Part shown: positions 12,551 to 25,139 of the stretch, piece after piece
Position numbering within the stretch: position 1 is the stretch's first letter
Layout: every line of letters begins with the position of its first letter
Source of the DNA: Octopus sinensis
Lineage: Eukaryota
DNA: 64,000 bases
NCBI RefSeq assembly: GCF_006345805.1
Contig: NC_043001.1
Span: 31,186,001 to 31,250,000 of the forward strand
Direction: 5' to 3'
Made by a program: the position numbers and the translations under genes
Notes under the pieces: generated by a model
Seen by the model: the letters and a program-made list of their open reading frames with translations, nothing else
The model's database searches: none
Told to the model about the DNA's origin: nothing

Positions 12551-12700
12551 TGCATGTTTATGAAACTTCTACAGGGAGAACAGTTGGCAGTGATTTCGAA
12601 GTTTCGGTTTCCTCGCCTTTGTCAAACTGACAATGGCGAGCAATCCGGAATTTCGTAGTCACTATCAAACCTTTCCTTGTAAAAGTTTCATAAACATGTA
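12551..12700. other. 150-bp imperfect palindrome (foldback, MITE-like)
   Basis: CATGTTTATGAAACTT pairs with AAGTTTCATAAACATG, and pairing continues inward to TGTCA-AAC-TGACA. Confidence 0.8.
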
Positions 12701-13198
12701 CTCTTCTAAAAAGAGTCGAAACCTAGTTCCATGTCAAAATATTCTTCAAATTTTGAAGGCTTGGAAAATGTTGGAAAATGACAGACTGGCATTCTCCCTG
12801 GTAGAGAATAAATACAGTGGAACTAGTAGCATTTGATAAGCAACTGTTGGTGCTCTTATGAAATATGGCATTATCTGAGATGTTATTAAAGTACATAAAC
12901 TGTTCTGAATTGATATGATTCTTGTAAGTTCAAGTGTTTATTAGCGAAAGTTTTAACAAAATGTTGCAATGTTCACCATTTTAAGTATGTGCGAGACCAT
13001 AAGTAGCAGAGGTTGTTGTTATGGCTTAACCTCGATTTATTCTTGACCGGAAAGCTCTCTGATCAAAGACTTTTTAGTCATAATCATACCGCCTTTGTAA
13101 AACATTCCAGGGATTCTCTATTTGATGTTCCTGGACTGAACACACGCAATCACATGTATATATAGAACGCACACATACATATATATGTATATATACAT

Positions 13199-13245
<47 letters not shown>

Positions 13246-14546
13246 AGTGCACATACTAGCACACACTCTCTCTCTCACATATTCACACATTTAACAATTT
13301 ACATATCTACATACACCAAAGAGCCTTGCCACTTTACTAGTGACCGGTTTGAATTCTGCAAAGGAAAAAAACTTAACTAGAACAAAGAAAACACACACAC
13401 ACACACACACACAACACACACACACACACCACACACACACACACAACACACACACACACACATGCACGGTAATAAATTAGTATGTAATTTTCTCTGATCA
13501 ATTTGTTTTCTGAACCAGGAGTGCCAAAATTGGGGTGAATTTACTCCCAGGGGGTAAATTTGTTGTTTTTAGATGTGTGCATGTTTTTTCAATTATAAAC
13601 TTTTTTTTAAAATCTGAAGTTGAGTAGAAAGCTTGAAGAAGAGCTCGTTTGTGAAAATATATACTTTTTTTTTCTGTCTACTTCTTTATATTGCATACTT
13701 TTTAATTATTCTTCTAAAAGAATAGTCTCATTCAGAAGTCTGCGTCTGAGTGAAATAACGATGTTACGTGTTAGTTTTATTGTTATTTGAACTTAAAATA
13801 ATAAAGTTTAGAGACAGTATTTTAAATTTCCTTTTTGTCGGTTGTTTTATTGTGGTAGAAGCACAAACTCAAATTACCGAATAAAACAGAATGTGGGGGT
13901 AAAATTAATTTCAAAAAGTTACCAGGGAAAATTGAACGAAAACTTATGGAAGCCTTTGCTTTAAACTATGCTAAATTATGGCCCCCTACTCGTGCCCAAT
14001 ATTTTAAAGCAGTTTAATGATTATGTCATCACTGGTTCAGTTTGTACAGTGAAGTCTTTATAGGAGGTCTAATAAGACGGAAACATGCCCGGAATTGTCT
14101 CCCGTACTTGCGAGATCATTAAGATAATAGTAATTTATTCTGCATTTTCATCACAGTATAATTATTTTTGATTAGCTTTTTAATATTCACTGTATTTAAT
14201 ATGGTAACGCTAACATGAGTAAGATATATTTGCACTATATTTCAGTAACTGGAACCGTTCATACGCGATCTAGAGATCGAAAGAATGCTCGTTAGTCAAT
14301 GAACACGAAGCTTGCAGTAGTTAATTCTTTTCGAACTTTTTCGAAGAGCAGAATAATGATATTCTTTGTAGAATACAATGGACATAAGATACCAAACTTT
14401 ACTTAGACATTAAATATCCGGAGCTGATCAATGCTGTCCAATCAATTCTCGTGAACTATTCTACGTTCTAATAAATTAAGTAAGACATGACATCAGCTTT
14501 TATATACGTACCCGTCCATTGTTAACGTATTGCAGCCATACACTAA

Positions 14547-14673
14547 AAGTATTTGTGCTTTTTGGTTCGATAAACTTTGACAGATTTTCTTATTCAAAGA
14601 AATTACAAGAGGAAATGGAATCAGTACAAATACTGTGTTGCTGAGATTAGTCTCAAGTAACCCTTGGCAATCA
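14547..14673 (+). repeat. Donor of a 127-bp local duplication
   Basis: 126/127 identical to 16631-16757. Confidence 0.95.
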
Positions 14674-15526
14674 CGGACTGTCAACGCAGACTGAGAACCT
14701 AGTTACATAAAATATATGGTGAATGATTTCTATTAAAAACAACCAATTTAAACCAATGGAAGTTGTGTTTCAAATTTCAAATCTTTTCATTGCAATAGAG
14801 GATGGTTATTTAGGAAGTCGTGATGTTAAAAATAATATATTGGACTGACGATGCTTGAATAAGTAAATAGAAGAAAAAATGTGGAAAAAATATGTAGGAG
14901 AGATATACTCACACATATTGCAATTTCGTAAAAACTAAGATTTTAAAAGTTTGTGAAACAAAATTATTCAAGGAAAGTTGGCTACGAAGTTAAAATTAGT
15001 TTCCACGGTAAAAGGCGCAATATGAGTGTTAATGGAGAACTTTTGGAGTGTACCGAGTGTAACTGAGAAACCGTACGTATGTCGATATACAAGAAATAAT
15101 TGATAAGTAACGTCTATTCAATTCAGCTTTTAGGTTCCTTTTTTTTTTATTCATCTTTATGTCTGATGAGATCGAAAGAAGTAATCTGGGATCATAACAA
15201 GGAAAGAATGAGCGTGATTAGTGCGATCAGTATGAATCCTGACGAAATGGACTGGGAAAAACCAGGGTAGGTTTGGCACAAGAGACAATTATTCATACAA
15301 TAAAGAATTTCGTGTAATATTTGTTGTAGGTTCCTGAGAACTTAATAACTCATTATAATCTTACATCCAACGACACTATTGTTCCTAAAGTATATTAGAC
15401 TTCTAGGATTAGAAACGGAAGTTATTCAGTGTGTATGAATAATTCAAAAGCTAGTCATAAATGTAAGTTTGGTACGGTGATTTTTATTCACACTTAAACA
15501 CACGCGCGCACGCGCGCACAAACACA

Positions 15527-15584
<58 letters not shown>

Positions 15585-15995
15585 TACACAAACGCACACT
15601 ACAGACTTCTGTTACGGACTGGAGAACGTACTCCGACTTTTAAAATATAACACTTGAAGCAATAAAATCCAATACGGAATTGCCATAATAAGTCCAGAAA
15701 ATCTCATTATTATCGTGATTATTTCAATCAAGACACAGTTCTTTGAATAAGAACGTTTTTGACAGCGTGGATTTTTTTGTCACGTAAAAAAACATTTAGA
15801 ATATAATTTCTTCAGTTTTGTTCATCTAGTTCAAACTACTTCTGAGTAGCTTAATATCAGTCTTTAAAAATACACACATACTAAAAGGCACACACACACA
15901 CATAAACAATTTTAATGCAAAACCCTTATATACATATATTTATTATTTACATTATTTACATTTAACGAATAATTATCCTCATCTTGTTTATTGTT

Positions 15996-16036
15996 AACGT
16001 TTCGGCTGATGTACTCTCCAGTCTTCATCAGGTGTC
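15996..16036 (-). ncRNA. Hammerhead motif (HH2), stem I partly lost
   Basis: Minus strand reads GACAC CTGATGA A GACTG gagagtacat CAGCC GAAA CGT T. The 3' strand of stem I is deleted relative to the 36101 copy. Confidence 0.6.
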
Positions 16037-16132
16037 CTGGGGGAATTTCGAACCCGGATTCCCATACCTAAGGTATTATTATTATTATTATTATTATTCA
16101 GGTCACTGCCTGGAATCGAACTCGGATAGTGA

Positions 16133-16184
<52 letters not shown>

Positions 16185-16249
16185 TAATAATGATAATAAC
16201 ATCGGAAAAATACCTTAGGAATGAGAACTCAGGTTCGAAATTTCCCCAG

Positions 16250-16292
16250 GACACCTGATGAAGGCTGGAGAATACATCAGCCGAAACGTGTT
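16250..16292 (+). ncRNA. Hammerhead motif (HH2)
   Basis: GACAC CTGATGA A GGCTG gagaatacat CAGCC GAAA CGT GTT. It is 3 nt shorter at the cleavage site than the 36101 copy. Confidence 0.65.
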
Positions 16293-16428
16293 AACAACAA
16301 ACAAGATGAGGACAAATATCCGTCAAATGTAAATAATGTAAATAATGTACATAATTCCTCGTCTCTCAAATATAGAACTGTAATATATATTAAAGCTTGA
16401 TTTTATGTTCAGTCCGATAACATTCTTG

Positions 16429-16470
<42 letters not shown>

Positions 16471-16555
16471 TTAGAGACAAAACCACTATTTTGCAAAACA
16501 AACAAGGAAAGACTTAATCAATACATAAGATTTTAATAAAAAGTCAAAAAAACCG

Positions 16556-16598
16556 CCACTACAATTGTTTCTTGTCCTGATCGACAATCTTCAGGTGG
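16556..16598 (-). ncRNA. Minimal type-I hammerhead ribozyme (HH3, left arm)
   Basis: Exact reverse complement of 16793-16835. Confidence 0.88.
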
Positions 16599-16792
16599 AC
16601 TTCCAATTTTCAAGTCAGTTTCAAATTATGAAGTATTTGTGCTTTTTGGTTCGATAAACTTTGACAGATTTTCTTATTCAAAGAAATTACAAGAGGAAAT
16701 GGAATCAGTACAAATACTGTGTTGCTGAGACTAGTCTCAAGTAACCCTTGGCAATCAAATTATAATTTGAAACTGACTTGAAAATTGGAAGT

Positions 16793-16835
16793 CCACCTGA
16801 AGATTGTCGATCAGGACAAGAAACAATTGTAGTGG
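16793..16835 (+). ncRNA. Minimal type-I hammerhead ribozyme (HH3, right arm)
   Basis: CCAC CTGAAGA TTGTC gatcag GACAA GAAA C AATT GTA GTGG. All three stems present, GUA triplet, predicted cleavage after A16831. Confidence 0.9.
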
Positions 16836-17049
16836 CGGTTTTTTTGACTTTTTATTAAAATCTTATGTATTGATTAAGTCTTTCCTTGTTTGTTTTGCAA
16901 AATAGTGGTTTTGTCTCTAATTAATATTATATAATATTTTACTATAAAATTGGATTTAATCCTAAATCTGATTTTTTTTCCCTGTAAATTTGGATTTATT
17001 CCCTAATATTTATTATTATATATATATATATATATATATAATACCGCGC

Positions 17050-17087
<38 letters not shown>

Positions 17088-18204
17088 TATATATATAAAA
17101 ATACACACACACAAATACTCACCCTTTTTTTATGAAGCTGTACATAGGTGTAAAACTAACATCTAGATTATAAAAATAAGTAATTGTATCATTATTATCA
17201 CCACCAGTTATGACCCACCAGTTACTGGTCATCACTTCTTACTCGCAAAGAGGTTTGAACTACACATTTCAGATAAACCTCCATATCTGCCAAACTAATC
17301 ATCTCAACCTGTCAACCAAACAATGTGTGTACTTGTGTATACATTAAATATCCGGAGCTAACCAATACTAATCCAATCAATTCTCATTAGCTATTTCATC
17401 TGATAAATTTACTGTGCCATTTCATTAAACACCATATTGTCACCATTTATTCCAGTCCAGTGTCAACAAGAAGCTGCCGCACACTAAAAACTGCTTGCAC
17501 TTTGGTGTCGATAAACGTCGACAGATTGTCATGCGTAGAGAAACTAAAACTCCTTATATTTTATATGAATCGGATTTCGTTGTAGGTATGATTGGTGTGG
17601 AGTACTAGAAGTGATGTAAGGCATCAAGTATTACACTATGTGTTGTTAATTAGACCAGGTCCTACTCAGCTGGAAGATCTGTACTCAAAGACAGGGTTTC
17701 TGTCCGGCACCACTCCATTCGTTTTTTTTTTTTTCTTAGATGTAATGCATCTAGTATCACCTTATCTAAGGTAACCGTTTTTTTTGTTTTTTTTTAAGTT
17801 TGTCTTTTCTTTTTGTGACGACAATGTGCGGTTCGAAGGCGATTTGGCTGCTTTACCCAGCAGGTTGAGAACCTAGTAGGGCTGGAGAACCTTTCAGATA
17901 TCAAACGTTCATTGCAAGTGTTAACATTCAGGTAACGTGAGAAAAAAAATGATAATAAATTTTTTAAATTGCATTTGAGTCAGGCTAGGCAGCATTAATT
18001 AAAATGTTACAAATCATTAACAACATTGTTATAATGAATTAAATACCGAAACACCAAAGATTGTACTTAATATAAACTGTCATTGAATTAGTATTAGCCA
18101 TTGCAAAAGGGGTTGGTTTTGACCACTCTACAATGTTGATTTGATATCTTAAACCCACCACCACCACCACCAAAACAGGAAACTGAATCGTAAATTTTGC
18201 AAGT

Positions 18205-18512
18205 TTTTTTTTATCGCCCTTTTCAAGCCTAGCCAGGCTCATGGGCCCGGTTTCCTGGTTTCTGTGGCGTATGTGTTCTCCCCAACTGGACGGAACGCCA
18301 GTCCATCGCAGCGTTACTCAAGAAACAGGAAGAAAGAGTGAGAGAAAGTTGGGGCGAAAGAGTACAACAGGGGTCGCCACCACCCCCTGCCGGAGCCTCG
18401 TGGAGCTTTTAGGTGTTTTCGCTCAATAAACATACACAACGCCCGGTCTGGGAAACGCAACCGCGATCCCCCGAGTCCGCTGCCCTGACCACTGGGCCAT
18501 TGCGCCTCCACC
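18205..18512 (-). mobile_element. SINE family B, tail type 2, with 13-bp TSD
   Basis: Same head as 11864-12255. TSD AAATTTTGCAAGT at 18192-18204 and 18513-18525. Confidence 0.9.
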
Positions 18513-18599
18513 AAATTTTGCAAGTATTCATAATTTATGAACTAAATTTGTACGGAAACCATCCTCAAACATAGTACACAGAGACATTACTCAAGAAAT

Positions 18600-18720
18600 A
18601 CCGAAATGGAATTGTCGACATTCGAAATGAGATGCTTTTGTAGAATTTGTGGTATTATGAGGGAGGATTAGCGGACTAACGACCAATGAGTCTTAAAACA
18701 ACTTCATGGTTTGGTTAGGA
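18600..18720 (+). pseudogene. Decayed RTE-like LINE ORF C-terminal fragment
   Basis: Translates as STFEMRCFCRICGI...RTND.*VLKQL, resembling the FEM.C.RR..RISW..RTNE.VL motif of RTE-type ORFs. Stops are present. Confidence 0.45.
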
Positions 18721-19199
18721 AGAAAGAAAGACTCACAGAAATATCAAGGCGAAGCGGTCAGCTCAGTAGAAAGAAAGGATGATTTGCAAATATAATCATT
18801 CTTGGAAAAAGAAGAGAATGAAGAAGAAAAGACTGGTTCAATATTAATTGTTGAGTCGCTGACTGAGATAACATCAGAATGCATAAGATCGAGAACGGTG
18901 GAATCGATACGTGAAATAAAAAGAAAAAAAAAAGAGAATTTAAACGAATTCAAGTGCTCTAATGGCAGAAATGCGATGTCAACGACCCGACTTGATACGA
19001 TAAGGATAACAATGTCAATTAGGATAGAATGAATATTCGCAAAAGAGGTTTTATTGGTAAACAAATGAAGGCTAATTAATTGGCTGTAATATGATCCGGC
19101 TATCATCGTACGTATTGCAACACATGACTGATGTTACAAAATAAACATTACACCTGCGTATGTCTTAAAGGGTGTTAAAAGCAACTTGAAGATTTGAAG

Positions 19200-19625
19200 C
19201 CTGCGAGCTTAGAGGACTCGCTAGCATGTCAGACAAAATGCTTAACGGTATGAGCTGGCAGAAACGTTAGCACGGCCGGGCGAAATGCGTAGCCGTATTT
19301 CGTCCGCCGTTACGTTCTGGGTTCAAATTCCGCCGCGGTCGACTTTGCCTTTCATCCTTTCGGGGTCGATAAATTAAGTACCAGTTACGCACTGGGGTTG
19401 ATGTAATCAACTTAATCCGTTTGTCTGTCCTCTCTGTGTTTAGCCCCGTGTGGGTAGTAAAGAAATAGGTATTACTTTCAAGTCTTTACGTACTGAGCTC
19501 AAATTCCACCGAAGTCGACTGTCTGTCATCCTTTCGGTGTCGATGATATATATACATACCCGTCAAGTACTGTTGTCAATGTAATTGATCTAACCCATCC
19601 CTCAAAAAGGCTAGCCTTGTGCTAA
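19200..19625 (+). mobile_element. Young family A SINE (19252-19467) nested in an older family A copy
   Basis: An old head ends AACGGTA, a near-consensus copy ending AAAGAAATA follows, and the old body resumes GGTATTAC. Confidence 0.75.
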
Positions 19626-21829
19626 AATCACAGCTTTGATCTATCTTAAACAGTTTTCTTTTTAATAGATCTTTTGAGAAGTGCATCAGCAGGCAGTTTT
19701 AAATTTAAATGTGGGTAAAATTATGTCAGAGGCGAGGAACTGCCCATCCCTAACGTAGAGCTCATTGGCTCGCAAAGTTTGAGGAAGGTTTGACTGAAGA
19801 GAGAACATTTTTTGTGAAAAATTGTAATATTTCATTCCGTAAACCAAAAATATTTTTTCTTTACATAAGAATTCTCGAGTTTCGCGGGATTCAGGAAAGA
19901 GGAAATCAAAACGCCAATAGCGTCTTTAAGTGCATTATTGACATAAGTGAACTGATTTGCTTCCTATTGGTAACAGAAATCAAACCTGAGAATTTAACTC
20001 TCCAGTAGTTGCTAGAATGCAAAATATATTTCTTTTATATGCTTTTAGCTTAAGGTTTGCTTAGATGGTGCGTAAATGCTCTTCACAAAATTATTTGTTT
20101 AGTAAAATGACTACACAACCGCATTACACCAAATGATTTCTTCTTAAATGGCCCGGTTTCATATTCAGAAGGGAAAGGAAAGACTTGTAAGACTGTAAGG
20201 TTGTATTTTATGTCTACTATCATTAATAAATTGGTGAATTCCTCGCCAGCTGAGTGCAAAGTATCGACTTCTTTGTGTTCTATTTTGATATGATTCACGT
20301 TACAATTTAAGTATAAGTTTACGGCTGTCACCCAAATGTTAACCAGTCTGAATAAGCAAAAAGGTGATTTAGAGTATATCATCATATGCACACAAAAAAA
20401 AGAAAAAGAAAATTATAATTAAGCAAAATTTACCTCTTAGTTAGAGAAAGAAAGCAAATATCTAGCGGCATTTGTTAGCAATTCTGAAAGAAAAGGGGGA
20501 GAGAACTTTTAAAAAATTAAAAATTAATTTCTCAAAGTTGATTTACATGCTTGGAGGAAGCAAAGTATGATCTTTGCCACCCATGATCATACTTTCCTTT
20601 AAAAAAATGAACAATCAATTCCTCAAAGTCAACTTAATGCTTAACGGAGCATTGTAGAGAAAGATCATATTTTTCTTCCCCAAAGCATGCAAATAACTTT
20701 GAGAGATTAATTCTTAATTTCTAGTAATTATCTTTTTCTTTGACAGCCCCAAATAATTGCTGCTACATTTTGTTTTCTCTTCTCCAATTCAGTGGAAAAT
20801 TTCAATTAATCAAGAGTATTTTGTATCTGGCATTCTGTATACAGCACTTTAACTACTTATCCAAATTCACTCTCTAGTTTTAGCTCATTTTATTTAATTT
20901 TGTTTTTGTTTTTATAGGTATCCAGTGTAGTTTGAATGAGAATATATTGGCATCGTCTATAGAATGTTCATTTAACACTAAATTCTCTCTCACACTTTCC
21001 CTTTTTCTCTCTCTATTTACTCTAGCGCCTGCTTCCTCCTCTTTTTTAGTGATTCATTAATTTTACCCTTCTCCTCTCGTTTGTTGTTTGATTTACGTTA
21101 CAACAAATTCTCGACTGCTAAACCATTTTTTTTCTATTATTTCCAATAAAATATAATATTTTGAGAATTCGGTAAATTATTAATTGTATATGGTGTCTGC
21201 TATTTCTCCTGATATTGTATTGTTGTTTTGCCAACAATATCGATTCGAACTTATACATAAGTGTAGGACGTTAGCAAAAGATAATTATTTGATGGGTTGA
21301 TTTAGCTAGGAGTAGTCTCTCTTTCTGTGTGTGTGTGTGTGTGTGTGTACGCGCGCGAACTATGCAGAGAGAGAAAAGTCAGACCGGCAAAATGAAATAG
21401 TAATTACAAGCGAAGCATGAATGAAAGCACCAAAGTAATTATCGGTATGTGAGAAAAAATAAAAATTAGTAGAGCACCCCATCCTTCCACTTCTATTTCA
21501 TCTCCTTTCTTATTTTCATTTCCTTATTTTGCTTTTTCGTTGTCACTTCTATTTCAACTGACACCTCCTCCATCATTTTCTACAACTTCCTCAAGGTCAT
21601 TAAGCTTATTATCCCAATTGTTACTTCCAGCATCCTGTTGAACCCCAAGGCATATACACAACATGGGGTCTTAATTACTAGTCCAGTGTTTCCTCAAGTG
21701 AGTTCTGTGGGATCCCAGGGTCCTACGACTAAATTTCTTGGGTTCTGTGATGTAAGATATCTTTTAATAAAATGTGATAAAAAATTTGTTGCATTAAACA
21801 TATTCGGCAATTTCAGAATAATGATTGTG

Positions 21830-22197
21830 TAATTAAGAAGATCATTTTCTAACCACTTGGTTTCAGGTTCAGTCCCACTGCGCGACATCTTGGGCAAGTG
21901 TCTTCTACTAAAGCCCTGGAACGACCAATGTCTTATGAGTGAATATGGTAGGCGGAAACTGTGCGGAAGTCCACCATATGTATGTATATGTGTGCATGCG
22001 TGTCTTTGTATTTGTTCATCACTGCTTGACAACCGGTTTGGTTCGTTTTGTTACCCATAACATAGCAGTTCAGTAAAAGAGGATCAAGAAAAAGTACGAG
22101 ACGTAACAAAAAATAACTAGGATTGATTTGCTTGACTAAACTCCTCAAGGTAGTGCCCTAGAATAGTTACAGTCCTACGACTGAAATAAGAATAAAG
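21830..22197 (+). mobile_element. tRNA/CORE-like SINE family C, decayed
   Basis: GGTTCAGTCCCACTGCG..CTTGGGCAAGTGTCTTCTACTA (CORE-like), an internal TA/TG tract, and tail CAGTCCTACGACTGAAATAAG. Confidence 0.8.
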
Positions 22198-22789
22198 AAA
22201 ATATGAATAATTTTTCTCGCAAAGGACTTTTTTTTTTAATTAAGGTTGCAGAGGTTGTCCTAAGGGGTCTGCGATTTTTAAAATATTGAATAAAGGTCCT
22301 GTGCAAGAATAAGTTTAGTTGGCACTCACTGCACTAGATGATCACTGAAAGAAAATACCTGTTTGTAGTCATTTGTTCGGTTTTCTAGAAACAGGAAAGG
22401 TCCCCTATATCACACCATACCGACTTACAAAGAAAAGGAGCACAAATACCTCGCCTTGGGTAACGTAATATTTACCTTGGGTAACGTAACGTAATAAAGC
22501 AGAATGATCAAGGCTGGCCTATCTTTGATCATAGTTCAGCTTGATCAGAGATGACCTGTGGCTAAACAACAATAACCACTGGCAAACATGAGTTAACCTC
22601 TGAGGAGTGGCGTAACTTAATGGAAATAGCATCTTAATTGCACACAACTATCTAAAAGAAAGAAGGCAAAATACCTTGAACAATGTAGAACTATGCTTCA
22701 TATCAGTAAATACGAGATGGTCACGGCTGCCTTGATTGCATGTCTGTTCGATTAGTGTTGACATGAGTTTAAAATATTTGTTTCAAATT

Positions 22790-23372
22790 TTAGCACAAGG
22801 CCAACAGTTTCAAGGAGCGGAGTAAGACGATTACACCGACCCCAGTGCTCAAGTAGAACTAAAAAAAAAGGGGTGGGGGTGGAGATGAAAGGCAAAGTCG
22901 ATCATGGCGAAATTTGAACTCAGAACTTAAAGACGGATGAAATACTGTGAAGCACTTTGTCCGGTGTTATAACGGCTCTTTTCTACTCTACGTACAAGGC
23001 CCGAAATTTGGGGTGAGGGAGCCAGTCGATTAGACCGTCCCCAGTACGCAACTGGTACTTAATTTATCGACCCCCAAAAGGATGAAAGGCAAGTCGACCT
23101 CGGCGGAATTTGAACTCAGAACGTAACGGCAGACGAAATACCTATTTCTTTACTACCCACAAGGGCTAAACACAGAGAGGGCAAACAAGGACAGACAACT
23201 GGATTAAGTCGATTACATCGACCCTAGTGCGTGACTGGTACTTAATTTATCGACCCTGAAAGGATGAAAGGCAAAGTCGACCTCGGCGGAATTTGAACTC
23301 AGAACGTAGCGACAGACGAAATATTGCTGAGCATTTCGCCCGGCATGCTAACGTTTCTGCCAGCTCGCCACC
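22790..23372 (-). mobile_element. Cluster of family A SINE units (dimer plus older copy)
   Basis: Repeated GACCTCGGCGGAATTTGAACTCAGAACGT. Junction CGAAATACCTATTTCTTT at ~23135-23152. Confidence 0.85.
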
Positions 23373-23969
23373 TGACAACGGAAAAAAGAAGAAAAAAAAA
23401 ATCATGGCTGGAGCGACGAAAATTTTGGCACAAAATAATAAATGTTTAAGTGAAGTTAACAGCTTCTGTGCATTTTTGAATACACAATATGTTTTTTTCG
23501 ACGCTGCAACTGTTTTAATTTCAACACAGGGTTTACAATTTAATCACTTGCCGGACAAATACACCTTTCAGATGCTTTTTTTTTTCTTCTCTTATACACA
23601 TAATATAACAGGGTTATTCAAACGTCTCGTTATATTAATATAAACCGGCAAACAACCGAGGTAAGATGAGCTTTTTAATGTACATTTCGTCTCTGCCTCT
23701 CTATTTACGCCCCCCACCTCTACAACACAGCCTTCACTTATCTTCTCGCTACGGTCATTAACTTCCACGCCACCCTTCGTTGACTGCCTCCCCTTGACTA
23801 CCACGGCTCAGCAATTCAAGGATGGCTAGACTACTACTTCGCCGTTCCTACTCACTGCTGCCCAGGCCATCCTGGTCCGTTGAATATATACGCCCAGACA
23901 ATTGAACTGGATTACTGTTATACTATGCCATTTTTAGGACAATGAATACGGTCGTCCTTGAGAATTGAT

Positions 23970-24009
<40 letters not shown>

Positions 24010-24244
24010 TAGATATGTTTCGATCAAAGATTGGTCCAGACCATGTCCAACTTAATAGCACTACCTCATAGGATTATCTAAATCCTTTTAAAGTAAAGTT
24101 TTGTTTATGGTCTATTAGAGTTACATACGGGAAAAATCCACAACCTTCCGCTTCAGTAAATCACTATTGTTCCTGAAAGTTGTTTGTTGTATTTTCTATG
24201 GATTGCTTGAAATTCACCTTCTTCCTACACCTCGATTCTTGGAT

Positions 24245-24324
<80 letters not shown>

Positions 24325-24339
24325 CGTGTGTGTGTGTGT

Positions 24340-24590
24340 GTGGAGGCGCAATGGCCTAGTGGTTAGGGCAGCGGACTCGCGGTTTCGATTCCCAGACCGG
24401 GCGTTGTGTGTGTTTATTGAGCGAAAACACCTAAAAGCTCCACCACTCTTTCTCCCACTCTTTCTTCTGTTGGCCTGCTCGCTTAGCCAGCGGGGTTGCG
24501 TCATTCGAAGGCTAAAACAATGCGAACGCATTGTGACCAGCGATGTGTAACAACATCTGATGGTCTGGTCGGTCACGTGATCACGTGATA
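24340..24590 (+). mobile_element. SINE family B, tail type 3
   Basis: GTGGAGGCGCAATGGCCTAGTGGTTAGGGCAGCGGACTCGCGG head, then a different 3' part ending CACGTGATCACGTGATA. Confidence 0.85.
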
Positions 24591-25094
24591 TATAGGATTC
24601 TCCAGTCGGCTTCGGTGTACAAGGGCCATTAACTCTTTTCTCTAGCTTCAGCTTGAGAGCTGCGTCCATGCTAGAGCAACATCGTTAAGATTATTTGTCT
24701 TCGGTAGTGATAAGTCGTGTGATGGGCCAGCTACACTTCTTGGAAATGCAGAAAGCAAAATGTTGGGGCAATTGTTTACCACAATATGTCTCAGGCTTCT
24801 CTATTAGAATTATGTCTCCTGGGTTAGGAGACTGCTTCACGGCTTAAGAGTCCAACCTACCGTAACAAGCTAATCGAGTACTTCGGCATCATACCAGATG
24901 GTGCTAAGCCCTCGCACATACTTATATATCACGTAATTGGATAACTGTTGACTCTACTGAATACACCTGTCCTTTGACGGCTCTTGTTTTTCATTCTCCA
25001 AGGTGGCCAAATAACCACCCTGCTCATCAAGCAGACTTGATAGTATTATCCATTTACACACACACACACACAAATTTCTCAGTATTTATACGTG

Positions 25095-25139
<45 letters not shown>

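Larger units (their letters stand above)
15936..16380. mobile_element. Head-to-head inverted pair of hammerhead-bearing repeats (family HH2)
   Basis: The minus arm (~15936-16125) and plus arm (16128-16380) share AGTGACCTGA(ATA)n...GGTTCGAAATT..GACACCTGATGAAG..CAGCCGAAACGT..GATGAGG. Confidence 0.8.
16459..17017. mobile_element. Young head-to-head pair of hammerhead-bearing repeats (family HH3) in a (TA)n tract
   Basis: 16459-16629 is a perfect reverse complement of 16762-16932. The right arm continues to ~17017. (TA)n lies on both sides. Confidence 0.88.

Noticed and set aside
13516-13960. Possible hAT-like MITE
   Set aside because: The termini are too degenerate and no TSD was found.
15163-15177. 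CTGATGAGATCGAAA
   Set aside because: There is no room for stem II and no stem I or III.
14400-17540. Diverged homologous pair (~14400-14690 and ~17340-17540) as a Penelope RT relic
   Set aside because: The two are clearly related, but translations give no reliable RT motif, so they are left unclassified.
20562-20595. 11-bp hairpin AAAGTATGATC / GATCATACTTT
   Set aside because: It is within chance expectation for 64 kb of AT-rich DNA.
24010-24050. Possible decayed hammerhead on the minus strand (..ATC TTT GATC GAAACAT)
   Set aside because: The CTGANGA core is absent and there is no second copy to support it.
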